53,912 nt of DNA from Polyangia bacterium (GTDB lineage: Bacteria > Myxococcota_A > Polyangia > Fen-1088), in contig DASXQB010000419.1 in the NCBI GenBank assembly GCA_036493295.1, forward strand, positions 1 to 53,912. The letters are read 5' to 3'. The position numbers and the translations under genes are program-made. The notes under the pieces are model-generated. The model ran no database searches. It was not told where the DNA came from and saw nothing but the letters and a program-made list of their open reading frames with translations. Positions 36,045 to 45,137 of the stretch are shown one piece after another (positions within the stretch are counted from its first letter, which is position 1; every line of letters begins with the position of its first letter).

Positions 36045-36487
36045 AACTGCGTCGCTTCGAGATTCGTTGGGCGGCGGCGATCGGGCGCGCGCTGTTGCCG
36101 CCTGGACTGTTGGGCGGTCTGGTCGACGACGTCGATCTGGGCGAGGCGCTGCGAGTGGAATGCGCCGAGCCGCCCTGGTACGCGGCGCTACTTTTGCGCG
36201 CGTCGCTGTGGATGACCTGGTTCTCACCGCTGTTCACGCTGCGCCGCCTGCGTACCTTCGGCGGGCTGGATGCGGCGGCGCGCGAGCTGGTGCTGGAGCG
36301 ACTGCTCGACAGCCGCGTCTACGTCGTGCGCGCCACCGCCACGTTTCTGAAGCTGGCGTCGTGCATGTTGCTGCTGGGACACCAGCGCGTGCTGCGCCGG
36401 ATCGGCGCCTACGAATACGGCCGCGAAACCGAGACGGCCGCCGCGCCGGTGATCATTCCCATCAACCGCGCCGGTGGCCCGTCGTGA
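36041..36487 (+). CDS. Hypothetical 148-aa protein coupled on both sides (amidase upstream, GMC oxidoreductase downstream)
   Basis: ATG at 36041 (ATGA overlap). Its stop overlaps the GTG of the GMC gene. Hydrophobic segments (YAALLLRASLWMTWFSPLF, FLKLASCMLLLG) suggest membrane association. No family recognised. Confidence 0.6.
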   Translation: MKLRRFEIRWAAAIGRALLPPGLLGGLVDDVDLGEALRVECAEPPWYAALLLRASLWMTWFSPLFTLRRLRTFGGLDAAARELVLERLLDSRVYVVRATATFLKLASCMLLLGHQRVLRRIGAYEYGRETETAAAPVIIPINRAGGPS

Positions 36488-38013
36488 CACCCGGATTTTT
36501 CGACGCCCGCGACGCCGACAGCGACATCGCCGCCGCCGAAGCGGACTTTGTGGTGGTGGGCTCGGGCGCGGGCGGCGGCGCGGCGGCGCGCGCGCTGGCG
36601 GGCACGGGCGCGCAGGTGCTGGTTCTGGAAGAAGGCCCGCGCGTGCCGACCGCCGAGCTGGGCAACACCGCGCTGGCCACCATGGCCCGGCTGTATCGCA
36701 ACCAAGGCAAGCAAACCGCCTTCGGTCGCGCCACCACGCCGATCCTACAAGCGCGCTGCGTGGGCGGCGGCACGCTGGTGAATTCGGCCATCGTGTGGCG
36801 CGTGCCGGACAAGGTGATGGCCGACTGGCATCAGCGCTTCGGCCTGGGCGACGGGATGCCGGCCTCGGCGCTGGACGCCGCGTACACCCGCATCGAACAG
36901 GAGATGTCCGTGCGGCCGGTGGTGGAAGGCGTGACGTCAGGCCGGCAGGACGCGCTGATGCGCGACGGAGCGGCGCGCGCGAAACTGGACGGACGCTTCT
37001 TGCATCGCAACGAACGCGGCTGCCGCGGTTCCGGCCGCTGCATGCACGGCTGTCCATACGAGGCCAAGCAGTCGACGGCGGTGAATTTCTCGCCGCGCGC
37101 GGTGGCCGACGGCGCGGCCGTCTATTCCAATGCCACCGTCGAGCGCGTGGTGCTCGAAAAAGGCCGCGCGGTGGCGGTGACCGGGCGCGTGTCGGCGAGC
37201 GGCAGTAACGGCGACGGCAATGGACGGCCGCGGCACTTTCGGGTGGCGGCGCGCCAGGCGGTGATCGTCGCGGCGTCGGCTGTTCAAAGTCCAAACCTTT
37301 TGCGCCGCAGTGGCCTTGGCCGCCCGCACCTGGGCGATCACTTCATGGCCCACCCGGGCACCGCCGTGATGGCGTTCTATCCGCAGCCGGTGCACGCCTG
37401 GACCGGCGCCTCGCAAGGGTTCGAGGTGCTGGGCTTGCGCGAAACGCTGGGCGCGAAGATGGAATCGATCAACGTCCCGCCCGAGGTGGCGGCGGCGCGC
37501 CTGCCCGGCGCCGGCCGACGATTGGGCGCTTATCTAGAACGGCTGGATCACGCCGCCGTCTGGATGGTGGCCGTGCGCGCCCAGGCCGAAGGCCGCATTC
37601 GCCCGTCGGCGCTGTTCGGCGATCACGTCAAGTACGACCTCACCGCCGCCGACATGGATCGCGTGCGGCAAGGTTTAAAGCGCCTGTGCGAGATGCACTT
37701 CCTGGCCGGCGCGACGGAGGTGATCCCGGCCGTTTATGGCCTGCCGGAGATCTTGCGCTCGATCGACGAGATCAAGATGTTCGACGGCGCGCCGCTGGAT
37801 CCGCGCGCGTACAGCATGGTGGCCTCGCACCTGTTCGGCGGCTGCCGCGCCGGCAGCGACCCGCGCACGTCGGTGGTCGACCCGCAGTTGAAAGTGCACG
37901 GCACCGACGGACTTTACGTCATGGACGCTTCGGTCTTCCCGACCAACACCGGCGTCAACCCCCAGCACGGCATCATGGCCATCGCCACCGTGGCAGCCGA
38001 GCGGCTGTGCTAG
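36484..38013 (+). CDS. GMC-family FAD-dependent oxidoreductase (choline / long-chain alcohol oxidase-like)
   Basis: Taken from GTG 36484. It has the FAD fold DFVVVGSGAGGGAAA...VLVLEEG and a C-terminal GMC region ...VHGTDGLYVMDASVFPTNTGVNPQHGIMA. Confidence 0.9.
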   Translation: MTPGFFDARDADSDIAAAEADFVVVGSGAGGGAAARALAGTGAQVLVLEEGPRVPTAELGNTALATMARLYRNQGKQTAFGRATTPILQARCVGGGTLVNSAIVWRVPDKVMADWHQRFGLGDGMPASALDAAYTRIEQEMSVRPVVEGVTSGRQDALMRDGAARAKLDGRFLHRNERGCRGSGRCMHGCPYEAKQSTAVNFSPRAVADGAAVYSNATVERVVLEKGRAVAVTGRVSASGSNGDGNGRPRHFRVAARQAVIVAASAVQSPNLLRRSGLGRPHLGDHFMAHPGTAVMAFYPQPVHAWTGASQGFEVLGLRETLGAKMESINVPPEVAAARLPGAGRRLGAYLERLDHAAVWMVAVRAQAEGRIRPSALFGDHVKYDLTAADMDRVRQGLKRLCEMHFLAGATEVIPAVYGLPEILRSIDEIKMFDGAPLDPRAYSMVASHLFGGCRAGSDPRTSVVDPQLKVHGTDGLYVMDASVFPTNTGVNPQHGIMAIATVAAERLC

Positions 38014-39380
38014 TGCGCCGCGCAGAAGTCGCGCACCAGCTCGTGCAGCACGTGCAAGCCCCAGACGAAGCCTTGGGTCGGAATGCGTTCGTCGTGGCCG
38101 TGGTACATCTGGCTGAACTTCACCGTCGCATCCAGTTGCACCGGTGAAAACCCGTAGCAGATGGCGCCCAGCTTTTGATAGGCGAAGGCGTCGGTGAATC
38201 CCGGGATCATGTACGGCACGGCGGTGGCGCCCGGATCGTGCTTGCCGAGGACCGCGACGATGGCGTCGTAGAGCGCTGTGCCCACGGGGAAGGTGGTGCC
38301 GTCGTGCTGGTCCAGCACGGTGAAGCGGACGTCATCGCCCACCACGCGGCGGATCTCGTCGAGAAATTGCCCGGCGCTTTGTCCGGGAACGACCCGCCCG
38401 TCAACCCCGACGGTGGCGGCCGCCGGGATGACGTTGATCTTCGTGCCGCCGCTGAGCATCGTCGGCGAGGCAGTGTTGCGCAGCATCGCGTTCAGCGGCA
38501 ACGCCTGCTCCAGATTGCGGCGCTCCAACCAATCCAGCAGCAGCGGGGACAGCGACGGCCGCAGCAGCAGCGCCAGGGCGCGATTCTGCGGAAACGGCAC
38601 GCGCGCCGCCATGGCCCGGATGAACCCGCTGACCACCTCGGTGTTGTGCTGGGGCAAACGCGCCCGCGACAATGCGGCGATGGCCCGACCCAGACGCGCC
38701 ACCGCGTTGTGCGGATGAGGCATCGAACCGTGGCCGGGCGGACCAGCGGCGCTGATCTCGAACCAGCAGATCCCTTTCTCTGCCACCTGGATGGGATAAA
38801 AACGCGACGCGCCGACGTGCAAGGTGTGACCGCCCACCTCGGTCAGGACGAACTCGGCCTCGACGGCGGCGCGATGCTGTTCGACCAGGAACAGCGATCC
38901 GTTCTTCGAACCGGCTTCTTCGTCGGCGACGGCGGCGAAGATGACGTCGCGGTCCAATGGCACGCGCTGGCGCTTCAGTAACAGCAGCGTCATCAGGCTC
39001 ATCGCCACCATGTTCTTCATGTCGACGGCGCCGCGACCCCAGACGTAACCGTCGTGCTCGACAGCGGCGAAGGGCGGGTGTTGCCAGGCCTGCGCGTCGG
39101 CCGGCACCACGTCGAGGTGGCCGTTCAAGAGCAGCGGCGCTTTTTTCCCCGAGCCCGTCAGGCGCGCGACCAAATTGGTGCGCCCGGGCTCTTTTTCGAG
39201 CAATTGGCAGCCGATGCCCTCTTTGGCCAGTACCCGAGCGATGTATTCGGCGGCGGGCCGTTCGTGGCCGGGCGGGTTGCTGGTGTCGAGCCGCAGCAGC
39301 GCTTTGAGGTGGTCGATGGCCTCGCGCTCGACGGCGACCCGATCAACCTCGTTTGCCGCCCGAGACGGCGTCTCTGTCAT
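38010..39380 (-). CDS. M20-family metallo-hydrolase (ArgE/DapE/carboxypeptidase G2-like amidohydrolase)
   Basis: 456 aa with NGHLDVVP, GRGAVDMK and ADEEAGS motifs. The stop overlaps the convergent GMC stop (CTAG, 38010-38013). Confidence 0.9.
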   Translation of the reverse strand: MTETPSRAANEVDRVAVEREAIDHLKALLRLDTSNPPGHERPAAEYIARVLAKEGIGCQLLEKEPGRTNLVARLTGSGKKAPLLLNGHLDVVPADAQAWQHPPFAAVEHDGYVWGRGAVDMKNMVAMSLMTLLLLKRQRVPLDRDVIFAAVADEEAGSKNGSLFLVEQHRAAVEAEFVLTEVGGHTLHVGASRFYPIQVAEKGICWFEISAAGPPGHGSMPHPHNAVARLGRAIAALSRARLPQHNTEVVSGFIRAMAARVPFPQNRALALLLRPSLSPLLLDWLERRNLEQALPLNAMLRNTASPTMLSGGTKINVIPAAATVGVDGRVVPGQSAGQFLDEIRRVVGDDVRFTVLDQHDGTTFPVGTALYDAIVAVLGKHDPGATAVPYMIPGFTDAFAYQKLGAICYGFSPVQLDATVKFSQMYHGHDERIPTQGFVWGLHVLHELVRDFCAAH

Positions 39381-39649
39381 TGCTTGCGCGGCAGCTTGTC
39401 AGTCAATTTGTCGACCAGGGCGACGTAAGCGGCCATCGCTGCGTCGCGGGTCATCGCTTTTCTCGTCGCCCAGGCGTCGTACTTGGCGCGCGCCTTGAAA
39501 TCCAGCGGCTCCGGGCGATCGCCCTGCACATCACCGACGGTGGCTTGCTTGTAGAGGCTATAGAGCGCCAGCAACTCGGCGGTGGCCGGCGGTTTCGAAA
39601 GCTGCTTGACGCGTACCTGCGCCGCGGCGAAGTCGTCGGACATCGACAT
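39377..39649 (-). CDS. Acyl-CoA-binding protein (ACBP)
   Basis: 90 aa. F..A...V..L...P...ELL.LY.LYKQAT.GD...P...DF...AKYDAW is the classic ACBP pattern. It has an ATGA overlap with the M20 gene. Confidence 0.9.
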   Translation of the reverse strand: MSMSDDFAAAQVRVKQLSKPPATAELLALYSLYKQATVGDVQGDRPEPLDFKARAKYDAWATRKAMTRDAAMAAYVALVDKLTDKLPRKQ

Positions 39650-39664
39650 GCGGCCATCCTACCC

Positions 39665-40876
39665 TCACTCCAGCGTGCCGGCGTTACAACTGAGCGGCGC
39701 CAGCAGCGGGTTGCAGCCCGGGCTGCCGGCCGGCAAGTGCAGCCAGTAGTTTCGTCCCGGGATCTGAAACGGCAGATCGTCGTCCAGCATGTGAAAGCCT
39801 TCCGGACCCAGCGTCTGCAAGCGCGTCGTGCAGGCGTCGTCGGTCATGTTGATGGCGCAGCTGTTGACGCCGATCAAAAGATGGCCGGCGTGCGCGCTGG
39901 CGATGTCGGCGGGACCTTCTTCGTCCTTGGTGATCACCGCCCAGGGAAGCCCGAACTCGGCCGGCGCGGCGTTCACCCACATCAGGCGATCGTCCAGCGA
40001 CGTGCCGCTGTGGTCGTAGCTTTGTGTGCGGGTGTCGCGGTTGATGATGGTGAACATCACCATGCCGCGCGCGTCGTCGACGGTGGGCCAGCCCTCGGTC
40101 ATCAGGCGCTCGCGTGGCGAGGCGTGGGTGCCACGCAACCAGGCGGGCGTGATGATGTGATCCCGGCTGAAGGCCTTCAGGATCACCGCTTCCAGCGGAA
40201 CCAGATCGCTGATCGGCGAGCCGCCGGTGTCGTCCTTGATTTCGAGCCAGATGAAAATCGGCACGTGGCGCGGGTGCGCCGTCGACCAGGTGGCGATGAT
40301 GTTCAGGCAGTCATCCAGCTTCTGGCAGCTGCTGTTCGGGTCGATGAGGACGATGTGATAGACGTCGTAGGTGCCGTCGCTGTTGAGGTGCACGTCCAGC
40401 TCCAGCGCGCGCACGCCACCGGCCAGCTGCTGGTCGAGCGGTGGCTGGGTGTACTTGTGGCTGGCGTCGAAGGCGATGAGCGGCGCCTGGTGGTAACTGT
40501 TGTGCGTCCCCGCCACTTGCAGCGCCTCGACGGTGACGGTGGTCAGCCGGGCAATCGACACGTCGGCGGCATCGGCGCTCCCCACGTGCCCATCGAGCGC
40601 ATCCGCCACGATGGGACCGTCGGGGCGATCGACTCCGACCACCGTGTCCGCCGCCGGACCGTCAACCGGCGGGCGCGCGCCGTCGACGGTCAGTCCCGCG
40701 TCGATGGTGCCCACTGCATCGCCCGAAGGTCCATCGATGCCCGCGTCGGTGAAGGTCGCTGCGCCCGCGCCGCTTTTTCCGCAGCCACCAATGCTGGCGC
40801 CGCCGGTGCAGACCATGCCCAGCACAAATAGCCTCCCCAGGAGTCTTGTCACGGATCGCGAACCGGAGCTGATCAT
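39665..40876 (-). CDS. Exported (lipoprotein-like) Ca2+-dependent PI-PLC-like phosphodiesterase
   Basis: 403 aa. The signal peptide has a Cys (LGMVCTGGASIGGCG). The GTHNSYH motif and ALELDVH resemble the PLC-like phosphodiesterase (PI-PLC-C1) family. Confidence 0.7.
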   Translation of the reverse strand: MISSGSRSVTRLLGRLFVLGMVCTGGASIGGCGKSGAGAATFTDAGIDGPSGDAVGTIDAGLTVDGARPPVDGPAADTVVGVDRPDGPIVADALDGHVGSADAADVSIARLTTVTVEALQVAGTHNSYHQAPLIAFDASHKYTQPPLDQQLAGGVRALELDVHLNSDGTYDVYHIVLIDPNSSCQKLDDCLNIIATWSTAHPRHVPIFIWLEIKDDTGGSPISDLVPLEAVILKAFSRDHIITPAWLRGTHASPRERLMTEGWPTVDDARGMVMFTIINRDTRTQSYDHSGTSLDDRLMWVNAAPAEFGLPWAVITKDEEGPADIASAHAGHLLIGVNSCAINMTDDACTTRLQTLGPEGFHMLDDDLPFQIPGRNYWLHLPAGSPGCNPLLAPLSCNAGTLE

Positions 40877-40922
40877 GCCACTGTCTCCGTTGTCGGCGCT
40901 TCCCTGACGAAGGGTACTCGTG

Positions 40923-40943
40923 CTATTGAATAAAAGTCAATGA
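40923..40943. promoter_or_regulatory. Operator-like palindrome, copy b: CTATTGA-ATAAAAG-TCAATGA
   Basis: It lies in the 63-bp divergent gap between the PI-PLC/ACBP/M20 operon (start 40876) and the aldehyde dehydrogenase gene. The ALDH ATG (40940-40942) lies inside the right arm. Confidence 0.45.
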
Positions 40944-42676
40944 CGCCCACCAGCGCACCCGCAGCGACCGCCCCCGACAGCTCGCGTCTGACCCTTGATC
41001 AGGCGGTGGGCGCGGTGGTGGCGCAGAAGCGCGCGTTCGCGCGTTTGCCGGTGAGCGAGCGGATCGCCTTGCTGCAGGCGCTGGAGGGGCCGTTCTTGGC
41101 CGCCAGTCCCGGCTGGGTGGCGGCCGCTTGCCGCGCCAAGCAGATCGCCCTTGATGCGCCGGTGTCCGGCGAAGAATGGCTGGCCGGCCCGGCGGTGACC
41201 GCGCGCAACATTCGCCTGCTCACCGAAAGCTTGCAGCACATCGCGCGCCACGGCCGTCCGCCGCTGGGCCGGCGAGTGCGCACGCGCACCGACGGCCTGG
41301 TGGAGGTCTCGGTGCTTCCCGCGGGCGGTTGGGACGGGACGCTGTACAAAGGCCTTTCGTGCTGGGTGCGTTTACAGCCCGGCATCGACCAAGCCGCCGC
41401 CGAACAACGCCAGGCCAGCTTCTATCAGCAGCGCGATCCGGAAGGAAAAGTGGCGCTGATCCTGGGCGCCGGCAACGTCGCCTCGATCCCGGTGATGGAC
41501 GTTCTTTACAAGATGTTCGTCGAGGGCGCGGTCTGCGTGCTGAAGATGAACCCGGTCAACGAATGGTTGACGCCCTTTCTCGAGCAGATCCTGGCGCCGA
41601 TCATTTCGCGCGGATTTTTGCGCATCGTGCGCGGCGCGGGAGATGTCGGCGAGTATCTGTGCCAGCACCCTGACGTCGACGAGATTCACATCACCGGCTC
41701 CGACAAGACGCATGACCGCATCGTCTGGGGTCCGCCCGGCCCCGAACAGGATCGCCGCCGGCGCGACGGCCTGCCGGTTTTGAAGAAAGCGATCACCTCG
41801 GAGCTTGGCAACGTCAGCCCGGTGGCGATCGTCCCGGGAAAATTCACCGACAAGGAGCTTTGGTTCCAGGCGCGCAACCTGTGCACGATGCTGGTGAACA
41901 ACGCGTCCTTCAATTGCAACGCCGCCAAGGTGCTGATCACCGCCAAAGGCTGGCCGCAACGCGATCGCTTCCTTGAATTGCTGGCCAAGGCCGTGGGCGA
42001 AGTGGCGCCACGGGTGCCGTACTATCCAGGCGCGCGCCAGCGTTATGCCGAACTTGTGGGCAGCCGAAAAGACGTGCGGATTCTTGGCGCCACGGGCCGC
42101 GGCAGCGGCGACGGCTTGCCCTGGGCCTTTCTTCCCAACATCGACGCCAGCCGCACCGACGAGCCGCTGTTCCAGATTGAACCGTTCTGCGGCGTCCTGG
42201 CCCACACCGAAGTCGGCGCCGCAGATCCAATTTCGTTCCTGGACACCGTTACAAATTTTTGCAACGACCGCCTATGGGGCACGCTGAACGCCACGCTGAT
42301 CATCGATCGCCGCAGCGAAACAGATCCGACCATCGCCGTCGCGCTGGACCACGCGGTGAGCGCGCTTCGGTACGGCACGGTGGCCATTAACCTGTGGCCG
42401 GGGGTTTGTTATGGCAGCGTCTCGCCGCCGTGGGGAGGCCACCCAAGCGCCACGCTCGGCAACATCCAAAGCGGCCTGGGCTGGGTCCACAACACCTTCA
42501 TGCTGGAAGGGATCGAAAAATCCATCATCCGCGCACCGTCGCTGATGGCGCCGAAACCGGCCTGGTATTACGACAACGCCCAGTGCAGCGTGATCGGCCA
42601 GAAGCTGGCGGCGCACGAGATCCACCCGCGGGCGCTGCGCATCCCGGCGCTGGTGCTGGCCGCGCTGCGCGGGTGA
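40940..42676 (+). CDS. Aldehyde dehydrogenase family protein (long, about 580-aa subfamily)
   Basis: 578 aa. It has an ALDH-like core (GAGNVASIP, ELGNVSP, FNCNAAKV with candidate catalytic Cys). Confidence 0.8.
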   Translation: MTPTSAPAATAPDSSRLTLDQAVGAVVAQKRAFARLPVSERIALLQALEGPFLAASPGWVAAACRAKQIALDAPVSGEEWLAGPAVTARNIRLLTESLQHIARHGRPPLGRRVRTRTDGLVEVSVLPAGGWDGTLYKGLSCWVRLQPGIDQAAAEQRQASFYQQRDPEGKVALILGAGNVASIPVMDVLYKMFVEGAVCVLKMNPVNEWLTPFLEQILAPIISRGFLRIVRGAGDVGEYLCQHPDVDEIHITGSDKTHDRIVWGPPGPEQDRRRRDGLPVLKKAITSELGNVSPVAIVPGKFTDKELWFQARNLCTMLVNNASFNCNAAKVLITAKGWPQRDRFLELLAKAVGEVAPRVPYYPGARQRYAELVGSRKDVRILGATGRGSGDGLPWAFLPNIDASRTDEPLFQIEPFCGVLAHTEVGAADPISFLDTVTNFCNDRLWGTLNATLIIDRRSETDPTIAVALDHAVSALRYGTVAINLWPGVCYGSVSPPWGGHPSATLGNIQSGLGWVHNTFMLEGIEKSIIRAPSLMAPKPAWYYDNAQCSVIGQKLAAHEIHPRALRIPALVLAALRG

Positions 42677-42696
42677 AGGACCAGCGTCGCTTGCCG

Positions 42697-43401
42697 ATGC
42701 GAGACGCGGGGACGATTTTCTTCGCGGCATCTTTCGCCGCGCTGGTCGTCGTTCAACCGATCGCGCCGGCGATCGCTCATGCCCAGCCGTGCGCCAACGC
42801 CGAGGATCGCCTGGCCGTGGTTCGCCAGCGGCTGCGCGCTGACGCCAAAGACGCGCGCGTCTGGGCCTGGGGCTGGGGGTTGGGTTTCACGGCGCTGGCC
42901 GTCGGCCAGGCCGGGCTGGCGGTGACCCGATCGGATCGCGGTCAGCGCGCCGATCTTTACGTCGGGGCCGGCAAGTCGGTGCTGGGCCTGGTTCCGATTC
43001 TGTTCGTGCCGGTGCCGGCGGTGCGCGACGCGGACGTCTTCGACGGTCACCTCACCGCGGCGGCGACGGCGCCGGATCAGCGATGCGCTCTGCTGGCCGA
43101 GGGCGATGGCTTGCTGGCGCGCAGCGCCGACGACGAAGCGTTCGCGGGTGGCTGGCTGGCGCACGCGGCGAACGTCGCCGTCAACGGCGGTGGCTTGCTG
43201 ATCGTCGGTCTCGGCTACCGGCGCTGGGCCACCGGCGCGGTCGGCGCGCTGATCGGAACCGCCATCGGCGAGGTGCAGGTCTTCACCCGCCCCACCAGCG
43301 CCCTGCGCGGCCGCCGCAGCGACCAGGGGCGCTGGGCGTTGGCGCCGCTGTTGGATCGCGACGCGGTGGGAATTCGCCTGGCCGGGATTTTTGATCGCTA
43401 G
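42697..43401 (+). CDS. Hypothetical exported/membrane protein
   Basis: Taken from ATG 42697 of ORF 42394..43401. It has a signal peptide (MRDAGTIFFAASFAALVVVQPIAPAIAHA) and several Gly/Ala-rich hydrophobic segments. It starts 20 nt after the ALDH stop. Confidence 0.6.
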   Translation: MRDAGTIFFAASFAALVVVQPIAPAIAHAQPCANAEDRLAVVRQRLRADAKDARVWAWGWGLGFTALAVGQAGLAVTRSDRGQRADLYVGAGKSVLGLVPILFVPVPAVRDADVFDGHLTAAATAPDQRCALLAEGDGLLARSADDEAFAGGWLAHAANVAVNGGGLLIVGLGYRRWATGAVGALIGTAIGEVQVFTRPTSALRGRRSDQGRWALAPLLDRDAVGIRLAGIFDR

Positions 43402-43412
43402 AGGGTCTCGTC

Positions 43413-44063
43413 TCAGCAGGCCTGATCGCAGACCAACTTGCCGCCACCGCAGTTCGTGGCGGTCTTTCCATCGCTGCAGGTCAGGCTGCAGGTCGCCGAG
43501 GTGCCGCACCCGAGACGGCAGTTCCCGCCGGCGCACGAAGCCTTGCACTTCGACGAGGTGGCGCAAGTGAATGCGCAGCCACCATCGGCGCACGCCAGAT
43601 CGCAGCTGCCGCTGATCCCGCAGCCCAGGCTGCAGCCGACTCCCGTGCAGCCCAGGCTGCAGGTCATCGACGTCGCGCAGCTGCAACTGGTGCCCGCAGC
43701 GCAGCCGGGAGCACCGCCCGCACCGCCGTCCATCGCGATGCCGCCGGCACCGCCGCCGTCCATTCCGCTGGCGCCACCGGCGCCGTCCGTTCGCGCGTCA
43801 ACTTCGGAAACGTCCGAACCGCCCACACCGCCGGTCGCGTTCGCGTTTGCGTCAGCGACCGCGCTTCCGCTGCTGCCGCCAGTTGCACCGACGGCGACAT
43901 CCGTGCCGCTGCCAGCACCGACGTCATTTCCACCGTCGTGCCCGCTGGCGCCCGCCGCGCCGGTGCCCGGATACGGTTCCGCCGGACCGCAGTCAATTCC
44001 GGCCAGGCCAAGGACGGCCAGAAAACGCGCGACCGCCAGGCTTTTCCGCACAGCAGCGCTCAT
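43413..44063 (-). CDS. Exported Gly/Asp-rich protein with a C-terminal module of eight C-x3-C repeats (20 Cys in about 95 aa)
   Basis: 216 aa with the signal peptide MSAAVRKSLAVARFLAVLGLAG. The C-terminus reads ...CSLGC TGVG CSLGC GISGS CDLAC ADGG CAFTC ATSSK CKASC AGGN CRLGC GTSAT CSLTC ... CDQAC. Confidence 0.7.
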   Translation of the reverse strand: MSAAVRKSLAVARFLAVLGLAGIDCGPAEPYPGTGAAGASGHDGGNDVGAGSGTDVAVGATGGSSGSAVADANANATGGVGGSDVSEVDARTDGAGGASGMDGGGAGGIAMDGGAGGAPGCAAGTSCSCATSMTCSLGCTGVGCSLGCGISGSCDLACADGGCAFTCATSSKCKASCAGGNCRLGCGTSATCSLTCSDGKTATNCGGGKLVCDQAC

Positions 44064-44084
44064 GCTCTTATTTGAAAGCCTAGG

Positions 44085-44111
44085 CCGCTATTGACCCACG
44101 GTCAATAGCGG
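44085..44111. promoter_or_regulatory. Operator-like palindrome, copy c: CCGCTATTGAC-CCACG-GTCAATAGCGG (perfect 11-bp arms)
   Basis: The arms are exact reverse complements. It is centred in the 69-bp divergent gap between the Cys-rich gene (start 44063) and the LolA-like gene (start 44133). Confidence 0.55.
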
Positions 44112-44132
44112 GTTAGAAAGCAAGACGGCCGG

Positions 44133-44885
44133 ATGATGTCTCTTGGGTCCGCCTTGCTGGTGCTTCTGTTCGCCGCCGCCGGCATCGCCGCGGACGCCCC
44201 CGGCGCGCGCCTGGATGCCCTGGCCACCTTGCCGCCGCTCGCCCTGGCCGAACGCCTCGGCGGCACCTCGCCCGATGATCTGATCGTCCTTGGCCGCGAG
44301 GCTGTGCGCCGCCTGGGAACGTATCGCGCCCGCCTTTTGAAACAGGAGCGCGTCGACGGCAAGCTGTTGCCGCCTCAGACCATGGAGGTGATCGTCCAGA
44401 CCTCGCCGCGCGCGCAACGCCTGGACTATGTCGAAGGCCCGAAGGCCGGACGCCACGTCATCTGGACCCAGAAACGCCCGACCGAGATGCTGGTGCGCGA
44501 AGCGGGGATCCTGGGCATCACGTCGTTGTGGATTGATCTCGGCGGCCGGCTGGCGCACGGCGATTCCAACCACAACGTCACCGAGCTCGGCTTCGGGCCG
44601 CTGCTGGATCTCGTCTCCAGCGATCTGCACAAGGCCGACGCCCAGGGCGGTCACGTCCGCAAGAACCAGGGCTTCGACGGCAGCGGTTGCTTTTGGATGG
44701 AGTACACCGCTCCGCCCGGCGCCAGCGGCCTTTACGCCCAGCGCACCCGCCTGTGCATCGACGCCAAGCTGGGACTGCCGGTGAAGATCGAAGTGCACGA
44801 CGCCCACGGTTTCTTGGAGCGGTACGAATACACCAACATCCGCCCTCACCAGACGATCGACCCGTCGCTGTTCGAAAAGGTGTGA
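44133..44885 (+). CDS. Secreted DUF1571-like / LolA-like protein
   Basis: 250 aa with the signal peptide MMSLGSALLVLLFAAAGIAA. The pattern Y.A.L.KQERV.GKL resembles DUF1571; this family call is from memory and tentative. Confidence 0.65.
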   Translation: MMSLGSALLVLLFAAAGIAADAPGARLDALATLPPLALAERLGGTSPDDLIVLGREAVRRLGTYRARLLKQERVDGKLLPPQTMEVIVQTSPRAQRLDYVEGPKAGRHVIWTQKRPTEMLVREAGILGITSLWIDLGGRLAHGDSNHNVTELGFGPLLDLVSSDLHKADAQGGHVRKNQGFDGSGCFWMEYTAPPGASGLYAQRTRLCIDAKLGLPVKIEVHDAHGFLERYEYTNIRPHQTIDPSLFEKV

Positions 44886-44896
44886 AGGAGCGAACC

Positions 44897-45133
44897 ATGC
44901 CCGCGCCCGAGAGCATCGTCGCCAATCCGTCGTCACTGGCCTGGCGAAAGATCGTTCGCTTGTCGCTGCCGCTGATCTTGTTCGTGGTCCCGACGACGGC
45001 CATCGGGTTCGGCGTCTTGATCCCGAATAGCTGCATCGCCGGCTGGAACCAGCTGTCGCTGGGCTTCGGCTCGACGGTGTTCTTCGCCTGCGTGACGTAC
45101 GTGATGGGCGTTCGCGCGGCGCTCAAGGGCTAG
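44897..45133 (+). CDS. 78-aa two-TM membrane protein
   Basis: ATG at 44897 is preceded by AAGGAG (44885-44890) with a 6-nt spacer. Hydrophobic helices are LSLPLILFVVPTTAIGFGVLI and LGFGSTVFFACVTYVMGV. Confidence 0.6.
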   Translation: MPAPESIVANPSSLAWRKIVRLSLPLILFVVPTTAIGFGVLIPNSCIAGWNQLSLGFGSTVFFACVTYVMGVRAALKG

Positions 45134-45137
45134 GCGT

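Noticed and set aside
43438-44094. 218-aa plus-strand ORF opposite the Cys-rich gene (Pro/Ala-rich).
   Set aside because: It has no start context or signal features. The minus-strand product has a signal peptide and a strikingly periodic Cys pattern that is unlikely to arise by chance. Expression evidence would still be needed to exclude it fully.
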